From: a phage
DNA: 64,000 bases
Assembly (NCBI GenBank): GCA_017676145.1
Contig: GCA_017676145.1_3628.1
Strand: one strand, 5' to 3'
Part shown: positions 1 through 10,331 of the stretch, piece after piece
Numbering within the stretch: position 1 is the first letter of the stretch
Layout: the number at the start of each line of letters is the position of its first letter
Program-made: the position numbers and the translations under genes
The notes under the pieces: model-generated
Seen by the model: the letters and a program-made list of their open reading frames with translations, nothing else
Databases searched by the model: none
Told to the model about the DNA's origin: nothing

Positions 1-385
1 CGACCTTCGGATCAAGTGCCTGGAAGATCTTCTGAACAATGGCTGCAACGATCTGCAGGTAGCCAAGGAGAAGCTTACAAACATCCACAAGGAGGAGGTG
101 ATGAGCACCCTCAGTAAGAGGTCAGTGCACAAAAAGATGATGCTGAACTTTGCAATGGGTATCTACATGGATGGGTATAAGGGTGGGGATCCGATCCTCA
201 AGCTTCGCTGCCCAACACTGTGGGAAAGAGTGGTTGACAGTAAGGACGGTACTGCTCTTCTTGAGCTCCACACTTCGGGTTGGATATGGAAGTATGTGGA
301 CGGATACCCTCTGTGGGCATGTGGAGCTGGCGAGTTTGTTGACAGACCTAGCGCGGTGGTGGACTTGCTATTGCAGTTTGAATAA
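1..385 (+). CDS. hypothetical protein, 5'-truncated at window edge
   Basis: Frame starting at nt 2 is open from the window edge to the stop at 383-385; listed ORF 98..385 is its C-terminal part; no recognisable motif. Confidence 0.5.
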   Translation, partial: DLRIKCLEDLLNNGCNDLQVAKEKLTNIHKEEVMSTLSKRSVHKKMMLNFAMGIYMDGYKGGDPILKLRCPTLWERVVDSKDGTALLELHTSGWIWKYVDGYPLWACGAGEFVDRPSAVVDLLLQFE

Positions 386-441
386 AAGGTGAGTTATAAG
401 GCATTTATACACTTATCAACAATACAACAGGAGAGACTGAG

Positions 442-717
442 ATGACGAAAGAAGAGGCAGATGTATTAGACTTTGCATTAGAAGCTACGCAGGAGGCTTT
501 GGTGTTGGCTTGGAAAATGAACCAGCGTGCTGCAGAATGCAACCGCCGCATCAATGAGATTCTAGGCATGTCTATGTATGATTTCACTATGCATGCTGGA
601 GAGATTCCTGAATTAACTGCTGAGATGAATGATCTTGACAATAAAATTAATATCATTCTGAAGACAGCAGAAACAACTCACCAAACCGCCCGTAAATTTA
701 TCAACGAGAAGGTGTGA
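442..717 (+). CDS. hypothetical protein (91 aa)
   Basis: ORF with purine-rich RBS (caggagag) a few nt upstream of ATG; stop overlaps region of next start. Confidence 0.5.
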   Translation: MTKEEADVLDFALEATQEALVLAWKMNQRAAECNRRINEILGMSMYDFTMHAGEIPELTAEMNDLDNKINIILKTAETTHQTARKFINEKV

Positions 718-719
718 AT

Positions 720-1193
720 ATGGACTACAGCTACTGCGGAGAAGAAGTACCTTTTAACTACAGCAATCTCACCACGAGCAATCCATATGAGACTCGTCAC
801 GGCACACACATCATTGCTATTGACTTTGATGGAACGTTTAATGCGAGCCCTTTCATCTTCTCCCGCCTTATTAAGGACCTGAAGAAGGAAGGGTGGACAG
901 TCTATCTTGTGACTTTCCGATTCATAACTCAAGACAATGTGGACATCGAATACTGGCGCAAGGAGCTAGATGTTGGAGTGTTTTATACTGGAGGTGTTCA
1001 GAAGGCTGCTTATCTGGCTCAGTTTGATATCTACCCGGACATCTGGGTTGATGATTCTCCAGCTTGCATTCCAGCCAAGAATCAGCTAGAGTTTGCAATG
1101 AAGGAGATCAAGTATAAGTCTGACGCTAAACGTAACGGATGGCCCTTTATTATTGAAGATTACCCAGATCCTGAACCGGAGAAAGAGCCATGA
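720..1193 (+). CDS. HAD-superfamily phosphatase-like protein (possible nucleotidase or 3'-phosphatase)
   Basis: ATG at 720 preceded by gagaagg; N-terminal IIAIDFDGT matches HAD motif I (DxDG[TV]); later WVDDSP acidic motif; function inferred from motifs only. Confidence 0.5.
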   Translation: MDYSYCGEEVPFNYSNLTTSNPYETRHGTHIIAIDFDGTFNASPFIFSRLIKDLKKEGWTVYLVTFRFITQDNVDIEYWRKELDVGVFYTGGVQKAAYLAQFDIYPDIWVDDSPACIPAKNQLEFAMKEIKYKSDAKRNGWPFIIEDYPDPEPEKEP

Positions 1194-1360
1194 AACGAAG
1201 ATACCATTACTTGATGTGGAAGTTATATCAGGGTGCTGCTAAAACTTATCGCACCGTGTTTGGTAATGACAATCACTATATTGTGTTACACCTTGCCGCC
1301 ATTAAGCATCACAATGAGTGGATTCGTGCAATCGTAATAGGTGACAAAGACTTTAAGTAA
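1190..1360 (+). CDS. small hypothetical protein (56 aa), translationally coupled
   Basis: ATG at 1190 overlaps stop of upstream gene (ATGA); uninterrupted 56-codon frame ending TAA 1358-1360; below the ORF-track size cutoff. Confidence 0.3.
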   Translation: MKRRYHYLMWKLYQGAAKTYRTVFGNDNHYIVLHLAAIKHHNEWIRAIVIGDKDFK

Positions 1361-1411
1361 GGTATGCCTCAAAAACGTAATAGTGTGGATTTCTAAATGG
1401 AGACTGATTAA

Positions 1412-1792
1412 ATGTGCAAGTGTAAATCCTATAATTGGAAAGTGAAAGGTGCCAAGCATCAAAATGTTATCGTTGATGTGCCTAAAAAGCTCCGTGACGG
1501 CAAAAAACGTGTGTGCCTTGGTAAGTGCATGGCTAAACCTATCATGAGCTTGTGGGCAGCAGGATTGAAGACTCTAAACTGCTGCTGTGGTCATAACAAA
1601 GATGCTCCAAGCATCATTATCCCAGAGGATGCAGACCCTAAAGCTTATGCCAAAATACTGACTCGCTACCCCAGCACCTTTCTGATCGGAAAATGGTGTC
1701 ACGATGAACTTCAATGGTGGATAGCATACGGCAGCATAGGTACTGCTGTTGGCTTTCCAGCTTTGTCAGAGCGCTACGTCAAAGTGTCATAA
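1412..1792 (+). CDS. Cys-rich hypothetical protein (126 aa)
   Basis: ORF with GGAG RBS upstream; CxC...CxxxC...CCCGH cysteine pattern suggests metal binding; no family assigned. Confidence 0.5.
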   Translation: MCKCKSYNWKVKGAKHQNVIVDVPKKLRDGKKRVCLGKCMAKPIMSLWAAGLKTLNCCCGHNKDAPSIIIPEDADPKAYAKILTRYPSTFLIGKWCHDELQWWIAYGSIGTAVGFPALSERYVKVS

Positions 1793-1955
1793 TCGATTTT
1801 AAGGCCTCAAACGAGGCCTGTGCCTTCATAAACTTCCTACCTATGTGCGATTACCCTTCTGAATAAAATACCCTCTCAAATTGCTTAAAATTAAGCTTGA
1901 CACTAACACCAGATTTATATATGATTATCTCACCAACCCAACAGAGGAGATTGTC

Positions 1956-2363
1956 ATGGATAATCTTGCAAGTGTAAACGTAGAAATTGTTAAACTAAAG
2001 TTCTTGGGCTTTCGAGACCCTAATTCTCTAACAGCTATACTGATGGATACCCACTTCACACCGGGGAAAGAGTACACTGCCTTCCGTTATACTCACGGAG
2101 ATCACGAATCGGCCTATAGTGTGAATACAAACCTCGGTGAGGGATATTTCATCAGAGATATCACAGATCACTTGTGGGGTATGTGGGAATTGGTGGGAGA
2201 AGAGAATAAATCCCTTCCCAAAGAGATTTGGGTGCACACCTTCCACACAGGGAAGTTTGGTGGAACGGAGCATAAATCTATCCACTATGATGAAGGAAGT
2301 GCCATCAAGCAACAAGCTGTGCTTGGCGGATCTGTAGAAAAATTTGTTAAATGCGAGGACTGA
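1956..2363 (+). CDS. hypothetical protein (135 aa)
   Basis: Internal ATG at 1956 preceded by gaggag RBS preferred over the listed 1881 start; promoter-like TTGACA-17-TATGAT just upstream. Confidence 0.5.
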   Translation: MDNLASVNVEIVKLKFLGFRDPNSLTAILMDTHFTPGKEYTAFRYTHGDHESAYSVNTNLGEGYFIRDITDHLWGMWELVGEENKSLPKEIWVHTFHTGKFGGTEHKSIHYDEGSAIKQQAVLGGSVEKFVKCED

Positions 2364-2366
2364 GAA

Positions 2367-2567
2367 ATGGCTGATTTTTGTAAAGATTGCTCTGAAGAGT
2401 TGTTTGGCTTTGACTGCAAAGATTTGGAAGGTCTGATCACTGAGGATCAGTGGAAGGAAGGCTATGCAGCACCTGTTATTTGTGAAGGTTGTGGCTATAC
2501 CTATGTTGACCATAAAGGTAAGCGCGTCAAGCCGTCTGAAGATGGGGCATGTTGGGAGTATTACTAA
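2367..2567 (+). CDS. small zinc-ribbon-like protein (66 aa)
   Basis: Paired Cys motifs (CKDC ... CEGCG ... C); followed by a strong hairpin terminator. Confidence 0.5.
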   Translation: MADFCKDCSEELFGFDCKDLEGLITEDQWKEGYAAPVICEGCGYTYVDHKGKRVKPSEDGACWEYY

Positions 2568-2577
2568 CTATAAAAAG

Positions 2578-2603
2578 AAAGGGGCCGTTTGGCCCCTTTT
2601 TTA
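2578..2603. terminator. bidirectional rho-independent terminator
   Basis: GGGGCC-gttt-GGCCCC hairpin flanked by A-run upstream and T-run downstream, between convergent genes ending at 2567 (+) and 2616 (-). Confidence 0.7.
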
Positions 2604-2615
2604 TTTACCCCCTTG

Positions 2616-5600
2616 TTAACGAGAAAAGGTTGCGTAGGCTTCTAGACGATACTGCTGGTCACCAGGGAACATAACACCTATAGAGGCTGTCCCTAGAATC
2701 CTGCCTTCCTTTCCAGACTCCATTCTGAACCCTACCCATCCTGAACTCCTTGCAGCATCGATGTTGTCTCTATACCCGAAAGTGGCAAGATCGTCAACAC
2801 CAGCCCCAAACAGCAACTGAAGCTGACTTCTCGGAAGCCCTATAATTTCAGGAATATACGCACCAAAGTACACCATCTGCCCTACCTTAGGACCGCTGCC
2901 GTACTCCATCGGCTTGCTTGTAGAGAAAGTCTTCATACCAGAAGTCCCTGCCGGATTAGGATATGCCCCGTTTGTTGCTGTACCTATCCACATTCTCCAC
3001 TGTGGTGCCATCTGTTTGACAGTAAAAGATGTTGAAGACGTTTTGCGCCCTGCATCATCTGTAACTACAAACTTTATAGTGACATTCCCAGTAGCTTTAA
3101 ATGTTACCAGCCCTGTGGTAGCATCCACTGTTGCAATGTTGGTATTACTACTTTCCCAAGTCTTTCTGATTCCTGGCACATTGGAAGGGGTAATAGAAGG
3201 TTCCTGCATCTGCAGTTTACCACCTACAATCCCTATCCCGTTTCCTGGATTATACAACGCACCAACCTCGTCTACAATGTTACCTGCCTTGAGGCTGTAC
3301 TTTTTAGAGAAGTTGTAAGTGCCGTTATATGTGTGTGTCCCTGAGAAGGTTACATCTGCTTTTCCGTAAGAGATGCAAACCAAAGCATACTTCCTGTCAG
3401 GCAACGGTGCCCCAGTTTCTGGGTGAGTTTTACCCACCTGAAACACACTCGGGTCAGTGGAGTCTTGGCTATCACTAACGGAGTTTGGACCCCCCATCAG
3501 TTGTGACAGGCAATTCCTTACCCATGTCCAGTTATTATCGCTGGAGAAGTCCACAGTTAAATCAAACACAACCCACTCATTTGGCTTCCACACAGGTGTT
3601 GCAATGGACTTGCCTACACCGCCTCCTTGGAGTGTTGCCGACTGTTCAGTGATCAGGGCCGCGTAGGCCAGAGTTCCTAAACTCAGAGTTTGGCTTGCTG
3701 TCCTCACTACCTTAGAATCAGCATCTGTGAAGTTGTTGATGATCTGGAATGTGCCATAAGTGTTTTTACAGGTAATTCTGGCGTTCAGCGTGTCAATCTT
3801 CCTCACATCTGCCATAGCAGTGTTAGACACAGAGAAGTCAGAAGCTTTAGCTGAGTTTGCCGCAACAGCAGGATCAACGTTAAGAGTTGCGTTGAACTGA
3901 CAAGCTGGGGTAACCAGCAGCTTGTTATCACCTATTTGCTTCCATGAAACACTTTGAACAGGGAGATTCCATTTAATACCTGAGAAAACTTTAGCAACCC
4001 TTGGCCCCAGAGCTCCAGTCCTGGTGTCTTTACAGCACATGGACATGGTGATCGTTGACGGAGTGGCCTGACCAAACAATTGCTGTGCTTTTGCAGAGGA
4101 CATGGTGTAGAAATTGTCCTTAACAAACTCATCAGCCGCCAATGATCCGTCAGATCTCCACCATTGCACCTGGTACCCTGTCTTATCCCAGCCACCGACC
4201 TGCTTCAGGTCCTCCCAGGAGATTTCCAGATCCCCAGTGGTAGGGTTGATTGCAGCAGTTCCTGGTGTTCCAGAGGACCATAATGGGATATCGAACCATG
4301 CTGGTTTAACAGATTGTACTGCGTTCGGTCCTATTGCAGCAGCAAGTTGCTGACCCATCAACACACGAGAATCTTTTACCAAGCCCCATTCAATCATGGA
4401 CCCAGAGTAGCCTTCTTTCTTATAGGCCGAAGATCCGTTCAAATGGATAAGCCTGCTGCAGTCGAAACCATACGCCCCGCCACCGTTAGGATCTGCAAAG
4501 TTAGTTATGATTCTATCCCTTATATTTTTCCATGCCCTGCCTCCAATCTCGTAGTCATGGTCATAACATCTCTGCAGCGTTGTCCAGCAAATGATTGCCA
4601 TTCTTCTGCCACCAGTAAACCCGAAAGCGCCGTCATTCAACTCTTTCCACAGATAGCAGTTAGTTGCCCACATAGCTCTGTGGATATTGAACCAGTTTAT
4701 AGACTTAGCAGAATTGTCCCACTGAGTTCCCGGTAATTCAGGCCACACTGCATTAACCAACATGTCTTCTGTTCCTGCATCAACTAAGAACCCTCTCACC
4801 TTTTTACCCATACCTGCCCTGTCTTTAGCAATCCAATTGCCAAACAGTCTCAGTTTTGGACCATAAACGACATCCTCTGGGTGCTCAAAAGAAACATACT
4901 TTAAGTAGATTGTTGGGTCACCGTAGGTGCCATCACAAACACTTTTGTGCATGTTTTCGCCAAGATCTAGACGAAGCCCTGTCACCACTTTAGACGTGTC
5001 GGTGAATTTGTCTGTTAAATCAAATTCATACCACCACCATCCACCACCAAGCATAAATTTCTTGCATCGAGCATTGTCTGTATCAGATATTCTCTTATCC
5101 CCTGCAAAAGGTGAATCAGCAAACTGATAATGCAGAGCAGTCTCGAATAAATGTGTTGAGGTTCCGTTTTCTGCAAGAACTTGCTTACCTATTAAGTCGC
5201 ACTTAATGATCATCACAACACGTTTGTACCCGTTTGTTACTGGAACTTGCATAGACATGGATGTCCCATCCATGTTTGATCTCAGCACGGTCATGACGAT
5301 ATAAGGGTCAACGGCATTGCCCAGAGTTTCAGGACCAGGGATTATCTTGTACTTCTTAACCTGCCCCATAAACCTGTCACTGGCGTAAGTTGCAGCCTCG
5401 AAGCAAGATCCTCCATTAGGTAGTTCGCCAGGACCCCAGAAAAATGCGCCATAACAGTTATAAAACCACTTGTTAGGATCGTATTTGTTCTTGAAGGTCT
5501 GAACCTCGTTAGCCTGTTTTGTCAAGAAAACCTGAGTATCTGTGAAGATTGCAGGATTCACTCTTGCCTGTCGATCAGCATATCCAGGTTGGTTAAACCA

Positions 5601-8252
5601 CTGATTGCAAGAATAGTCCCGCATATAGTCATAATCAGAGTATTTGTTGTTTGCATCCTCGTTCCAACACATATTAAGGTTGGTGCCGCCCATGCACACA
5701 ATATATTCTTCAACATATTTATCACTTCTGGTGGGAATACCTGTGAACCATCTGTTAACAGGTTCGTTCCAAGCGGTACGCTCATCTTTAACGCAGATCG
5801 CAATCCAGTCATGTGTTCCTGTTTTCTTGCACACATCTCGCTTCATACCATAGTAGAATTCTTTAGTATTCGGCTCAGGTGCGCTTATCAGGTAGCTCCA
5901 CGCTTGGTCTGCATAGGTTCCGTCGGTGCGTGGGTCATGATCAAAAGCGTACATAATGATCCTTTCCCCGCCAAGATGTTCACCAAGAGTAACTTTGATG
6001 TTCACATCCCCGTAACCATTGCGAACAACATCCATATTGTCAATAGAGATGCCTCTGGGTGTGTAGGCAATTTTCAGCGAGTTATCCTCACTGGTGCCGC
6101 CAAGAGTAATCCCAATATTGTTTGTCGTCCCGTCGGCATATCTTACCGTGGCTTCCCAGCGTATTCCGAAATATCCTACGTCATGGCTGACAATTTTTAG
6201 TGTACGAGCACCTGGGTTCGGTTTCCCAGGATCAGGCCAAGGGTTTGGGTGTTCGTGAACAGTCAACGATGTCCCGTTTTGTTCGTTGACCTGCAACATT
6301 TTACCACCTCTGCCGTTTGGGTTGAACTCCCATAAGGCCTGTGTCTGCACCAAGTTATCATAGGTATTTCGTCGCTGATTATAAATCTCTTGGGTAACAT
6401 CAGAAGTTACTGATCCAGCATCCATTCTATGGAGTCTGATCATATACGATGTATCCCCTTCTACTGCAGGCTGAGCCGCATTCAGTCCAAAGTATACGGT
6501 GTCATTAACATGGAACTGTTTGTTTCTACCGGCAGTATGCCATTTACCATCAGACGGGTACGCTGGGACGATAGTGTTCCAGTTCAAATTCCTTGTTGTG
6601 TGGGTCCTGCCTGTGCCATGTTTGTCATGATAGGTTATTTTTACAGAGTACAGGCCACGTCTATTAACATTCCTGTTATACTGGGTAACAATAACTTCGT
6701 TGGCCCCACCGTGGTTCCAGTTGGTAGAGAATTGGTAATTTGCATCTGTAACAACCGTGCCTGCAGCATTTACCAGTTCAATCTTATCAATAATGAACGT
6801 GGCCCCTTCTGGTTGAGGCTTCAATTTCATCTTGACCGTATCACCAATGTAAATATTGCTAACACTGCTAACACCGTTAACGTCGAAAATATCTTCAACA
6901 CCCCAACTATCTACTGGGACATTTTTATACCAATTCTCAGGTACCTCCGTGAACCCTTGGCTATTAAGTCTGCCGCCAAACAGGTTATTAGAGCCTGCAA
7001 AACTTCCCCTTGGGATACCTGACCACCAAAGTTTACCATTAACAACAGTAAAGGTTCCTAAAAAACCCTCCCTGTGAATGCCTTGGAAATAAACACTCTC
7101 TGTCCAGCTAACTGGGAGGCGTTGCTCAACGTATTTGGCTGTGGCAAGAGCTTGGTAGTGGATAAAATTGGCCCTAGGGCTATTGTTTGCAGATTGTGCA
7201 CCAATATCATTACATAAGTTGCGAGAGAATCCACGATACTGCTTAGTGCCATTATTGAAGAAAATACCGCTTGTTCCGTACCCACGAGCCATTATTACTT
7301 CATGGGTGTAGGTAATATTTAAGGAACGCCATGTATCATCTCCCCAGACATTTTGCCCGTAGAATACGTTAACAAGCTGCTGGTCATCAGGTCTGTGCAT
7401 TCTTTGTGTTACAACCACTGCCCCGTTCGGACCGCACATGAACCCTTTCCACTCCTCATCTGCAGGAATACCTCTCAAATCGTCACGGGTAATCTGAGCA
7501 GGAGGCCAAACAAGGTCGTTTCTACTGTTGTTTCTCAGAAAATCGTACCCAGCAATCCAGAAACCTCTAGGACCACCGAAAATAACAGAGTTATCATGCA
7601 CCTCACAGTTGATGCTTGGGTTTTTCCAAGGACCTGTTTCAGGATTTTCCGATGTTTCACCAATCTTTACAGGGGTTGCATGCTGGTTTTTATCCACATG
7701 TAAAGATCCGTAGGTGTTGTTACCAGATCCGTACAGGTGTAAAATGCCAGTGCCTTCTGCCTCTGCAATAACCCAAACAGTGTTGTTAATACCGCCCATC
7801 ACCTCAACAAGACGCTCTGGGTGGGTGTCAAGGTGCAACCCTTTAACAATCTGTTCAGGAAGAGGTGTCCACTCGCTTACGTAAACATCATTACCACCTG
7901 CCGCAGTGGATCCGATAAGACCTGCAGTGCAGCCGATGTAGAAAAACTGGTTATCAAAAGTCCGAATCACAAACGCACGGTCTGCTCTCCACACATGATC
8001 AACATTCCAGGCTGTTTCGCTAGGGTAGTTTATAGGGTTACGATCCCCAGTGCGACACTCCCCGAACTTGTTATAGCCAGTGATATTAAGTTGACCGTCG
8101 TCAAAAAGTATAGCTAAGCTATTTACATAGGCTACTGCAGTGCTTGTACCGTCACTGTTGTCTATTGGGTATGACAGAACAGCAAGTTCCTTAACTCCAC
8201 CCCTCTTATCGAGGAAATGACGACCAAGTTTTAGCAAAGGGATTGGAAGCAT
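2616..8252 (-). CDS. giant virion-associated protein (1878 aa), putative tail fibre/tailspike with C-terminal Ig-like domain
   Basis: Single uninterrupted 5.6-kb ORF at the distal end of the structural operon; C-terminal segment resembles bacterial Ig-like (Big_2-type) folds; Gly/Asn/Thr/Trp-rich composition typical of fibre or depolymerase proteins. Confidence 0.55.
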   Translation of the reverse strand: MLPIPLLKLGRHFLDKRGGVKELAVLSYPIDNSDGTSTAVAYVNSLAILFDDGQLNITGYNKFGECRTGDRNPINYPSETAWNVDHVWRADRAFVIRTFDNQFFYIGCTAGLIGSTAAGGNDVYVSEWTPLPEQIVKGLHLDTHPERLVEVMGGINNTVWVIAEAEGTGILHLYGSGNNTYGSLHVDKNQHATPVKIGETSENPETGPWKNPSINCEVHDNSVIFGGPRGFWIAGYDFLRNNSRNDLVWPPAQITRDDLRGIPADEEWKGFMCGPNGAVVVTQRMHRPDDQQLVNVFYGQNVWGDDTWRSLNITYTHEVIMARGYGTSGIFFNNGTKQYRGFSRNLCNDIGAQSANNSPRANFIHYQALATAKYVEQRLPVSWTESVYFQGIHREGFLGTFTVVNGKLWWSGIPRGSFAGSNNLFGGRLNSQGFTEVPENWYKNVPVDSWGVEDIFDVNGVSSVSNIYIGDTVKMKLKPQPEGATFIIDKIELVNAAGTVVTDANYQFSTNWNHGGANEVIVTQYNRNVNRRGLYSVKITYHDKHGTGRTHTTRNLNWNTIVPAYPSDGKWHTAGRNKQFHVNDTVYFGLNAAQPAVEGDTSYMIRLHRMDAGSVTSDVTQEIYNQRRNTYDNLVQTQALWEFNPNGRGGKMLQVNEQNGTSLTVHEHPNPWPDPGKPNPGARTLKIVSHDVGYFGIRWEATVRYADGTTNNIGITLGGTSEDNSLKIAYTPRGISIDNMDVVRNGYGDVNIKVTLGEHLGGERIIMYAFDHDPRTDGTYADQAWSYLISAPEPNTKEFYYGMKRDVCKKTGTHDWIAICVKDERTAWNEPVNRWFTGIPTRSDKYVEEYIVCMGGTNLNMCWNEDANNKYSDYDYMRDYSCNQWFNQPGYADRQARVNPAIFTDTQVFLTKQANEVQTFKNKYDPNKWFYNCYGAFFWGPGELPNGGSCFEAATYASDRFMGQVKKYKIIPGPETLGNAVDPYIVMTVLRSNMDGTSMSMQVPVTNGYKRVVMIIKCDLIGKQVLAENGTSTHLFETALHYQFADSPFAGDKRISDTDNARCKKFMLGGGWWWYEFDLTDKFTDTSKVVTGLRLDLGENMHKSVCDGTYGDPTIYLKYVSFEHPEDVVYGPKLRLFGNWIAKDRAGMGKKVRGFLVDAGTEDMLVNAVWPELPGTQWDNSAKSINWFNIHRAMWATNCYLWKELNDGAFGFTGGRRMAIICWTTLQRCYDHDYEIGGRAWKNIRDRIITNFADPNGGGAYGFDCSRLIHLNGSSAYKKEGYSGSMIEWGLVKDSRVLMGQQLAAAIGPNAVQSVKPAWFDIPLWSSGTPGTAAINPTTGDLEISWEDLKQVGGWDKTGYQVQWWRSDGSLAADEFVKDNFYTMSSAKAQQLFGQATPSTITMSMCCKDTRTGALGPRVAKVFSGIKWNLPVQSVSWKQIGDNKLLVTPACQFNATLNVDPAVAANSAKASDFSVSNTAMADVRKIDTLNARITCKNTYGTFQIINNFTDADSKVVRTASQTLSLGTLAYAALITEQSATLQGGGVGKSIATPVWKPNEWVVFDLTVDFSSDNNWTWVRNCLSQLMGGPNSVSDSQDSTDPSVFQVGKTHPETGAPLPDRKYALVCISYGKADVTFSGTHTYNGTYNFSKKYSLKAGNIVDEVGALYNPGNGIGIVGGKLQMQEPSITPSNVPGIRKTWESSNTNIATVDATTGLVTFKATGNVTIKFVVTDDAGRKTSSTSFTVKQMAPQWRMWIGTATNGAYPNPAGTSGMKTFSTSKPMEYGSGPKVGQMVYFGAYIPEIIGLPRSQLQLLFGAGVDDLATFGYRDNIDAARSSGWVGFRMESGKEGRILGTASIGVMFPGDQQYRLEAYATFSR

Positions 8253-8300
8253 TGTGTTCTCCAGATAAGAAAACCGCCCCGTCAGGAGCGGTCAGATATA

Positions 8301-10046
8301 TTAACGTTGTGCAATAACCACATCCACAATATCACCAACACCACAATATGTCAATTGTAGCAAGGTAACGCTGTTGGCTTTGTTGTTAATGACAGGGGTA
8401 GCCGACAGTATGGCATATTTATCGTGCAAAGTCACGTTGTGGCCTACAGCATCTTGAATGACATAGATGATTGCAGTAAACGGGTAAGGTTTATCTTCAG
8501 CCGATGTTCCAGGCCATTGGCCTATTGTAAAATCCCCTTTCGCGTGGACAACATACATGCTGGCCTGCCCGTTAGGTGTCCATGTCCCACTAGATGCGTC
8601 AACCTCCTCTAAATCAAAATCTACCTTCCCTGCGTGGAAAGTAGGGGCAGTAATAGTTTTACCAGCCTCAATTTCTTGAGAGGTGGTTATCTTACCACTG
8701 GAGTTAATGCCGTTGCAGACAAAGTTAACATTAGAGAAGTCTGGCAGCCACCCAGTCACCGTGCCGGATATTTCAAGGTTGTGAAGATAAGTGGTTCCCG
8801 TACCTGCTGCGTTTAAACTAACATCTCCATTTACCTGCAAGTTGCGGGTAACGTTGCAGTTTTCAGAGTTTGCAGTTGTTGCAGTTAGAGTAGTGGTTGT
8901 CAGCTCGGTAATTGCACCTTTGTTGGCTGTAAGCCCTTCTCCTTCAAAAGTGGCACGCTCATTCACCCTCAGAGTATTTAAAGATATGTTCTGGACGGAT
9001 GCTGTGCCACGAATGACTATAGATCCGCCAACCTCTAAATCTCCATTGATCAGTGCATCTCCCGTGCTTTCAATATAGCTAGGGTAGATCATGGTGCCAT
9101 CTACAGAGTAGGTTATCCCTGTAACGGTACCTGTCACCTCAAGGTTCTTAACCCTGGTGGTCCCATCAACCTGCAATGTCGGTTCGGTTGCTGCCTTCAT
9201 GGCATTACCACGAATGTACACGTAGTCAAAAAAGTTATTACCTAGACCATCAAAATGCACATCGTTGTTATTAGCCACTGGTTTCCCAGAAGTTATAGTG
9301 TCAGCTATAACTCTGTGGGTGGCTACTTCATGAGGTTGCAGCTCTGTGCTTCTCCAGTCTGCATGCTTAGGATCGCTCCACGCAAAAGTCAGTGTAGAAG
9401 TATTTGCAGTAAGGATTAGGTTCCTGAAGCGTGCAGTAGAATCCGCTCCATTAACAGGCCCGTGTAAGGTAAGGGTGCCACCAACTATGGTGTTAGCAAG
9501 TTCTGTAAGACCTTTTACCACCAAAGACCCTACAGTAACTTTCATCCCCTCCATGGCTTTAAATATGCTATCCACATAGTCCACAACAAACTCTGTGTTT
9601 GCTATAGACTCGGACTTATCGTCCATTGGAGGTGTAGGTACTCGCGGGTCACCTTCGAATCTTGGGCTGTTAAGTTTTGCGTAGTATTTTGCCATTACTG
9701 CAGAATCGGTATATAATCTCCAGTTCGGAGATTGTGAAGGATCTGCTGGCATCCTAACCGGGTTAGATTTTGATGCTGCTGGGGCGTACCACCACTGAGG
9801 GCCTGTATCCCCTTTAAACTCATACAACTGGTTAAAAACTGTTGTGGATGCACCATACGCCCAAGGGATTGGTGGCGTTTTAAAATAAAGGGTGTCAAGC
9901 ATGGCTTTTCGTACCGTAGGGATGGTGGTCCCATCCTCTACGACAACTTCATCCACAGCGTTACCGTTGACAATCAGGTGCAAACGTTCAGAATCAACAA
10001 TTACTTGATCTACCGCCTGCTCAAAGCTTGTCATGTCTTGCGCCAT
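8301..10046 (-). CDS. tail fibre protein (581 aa)
   Basis: Position within fibre gene block; Gly/Thr/Asn-rich repetitive beta-type composition. Confidence 0.5.
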   Translation of the reverse strand: MAQDMTSFEQAVDQVIVDSERLHLIVNGNAVDEVVVEDGTTIPTVRKAMLDTLYFKTPPIPWAYGASTTVFNQLYEFKGDTGPQWWYAPAASKSNPVRMPADPSQSPNWRLYTDSAVMAKYYAKLNSPRFEGDPRVPTPPMDDKSESIANTEFVVDYVDSIFKAMEGMKVTVGSLVVKGLTELANTIVGGTLTLHGPVNGADSTARFRNLILTANTSTLTFAWSDPKHADWRSTELQPHEVATHRVIADTITSGKPVANNNDVHFDGLGNNFFDYVYIRGNAMKAATEPTLQVDGTTRVKNLEVTGTVTGITYSVDGTMIYPSYIESTGDALINGDLEVGGSIVIRGTASVQNISLNTLRVNERATFEGEGLTANKGAITELTTTTLTATTANSENCNVTRNLQVNGDVSLNAAGTGTTYLHNLEISGTVTGWLPDFSNVNFVCNGINSSGKITTSQEIEAGKTITAPTFHAGKVDFDLEEVDASSGTWTPNGQASMYVVHAKGDFTIGQWPGTSAEDKPYPFTAIIYVIQDAVGHNVTLHDKYAILSATPVINNKANSVTLLQLTYCGVGDIVDVVIAQR

Positions 10047-10055
10047 GATTTCTCC

Positions 10056-10322
10056 TTAAGCTTTTTGCTCTTCGTTTTTAACGTGGTCAGGGTGCTGGCA
10101 ACCCCACCGGAGCGAGATGAATTTGCTAATAAGCTGGGGGCAAGCTACTGAAGGTGCGTATATCCACGCATACCATTCAGGAAGCGTATCATTGTACCCC
10201 ATATGAATAAACACCCCAGTCATCACTGCCATGCCTATGTTTGACCATAGCTTAGATTGGGACACTTTTGTAGGGTCATCAGATGCTGCAACCAGTCCCC
10301 ATAAAAACTGAGTTAATTTCAT
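10056..10322 (-). CDS. small membrane protein (88 aa)
   Basis: Hydrophobic segments (LWGLVAA, IGMAVMTGVFI); lies immediately downstream of fibre paralogue A. Confidence 0.4.
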   Translation of the reverse strand: MKLTQFLWGLVAASDDPTKVSQSKLWSNIGMAVMTGVFIHMGYNDTLPEWYAWIYAPSVACPQLISKFISLRWGCQHPDHVKNEEQKA

Positions 10323-10331
10323 TTACCCTCT

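Noticed and set aside
2914-7703. Multiple plus-strand ORFs (e.g. 2914..3318, 4314..4736, 5589..6200, 6429..7022, 7353..7703)
   Set aside because: All are antisense within the 1878-aa minus-strand gene; low-complexity translations without start contexts.
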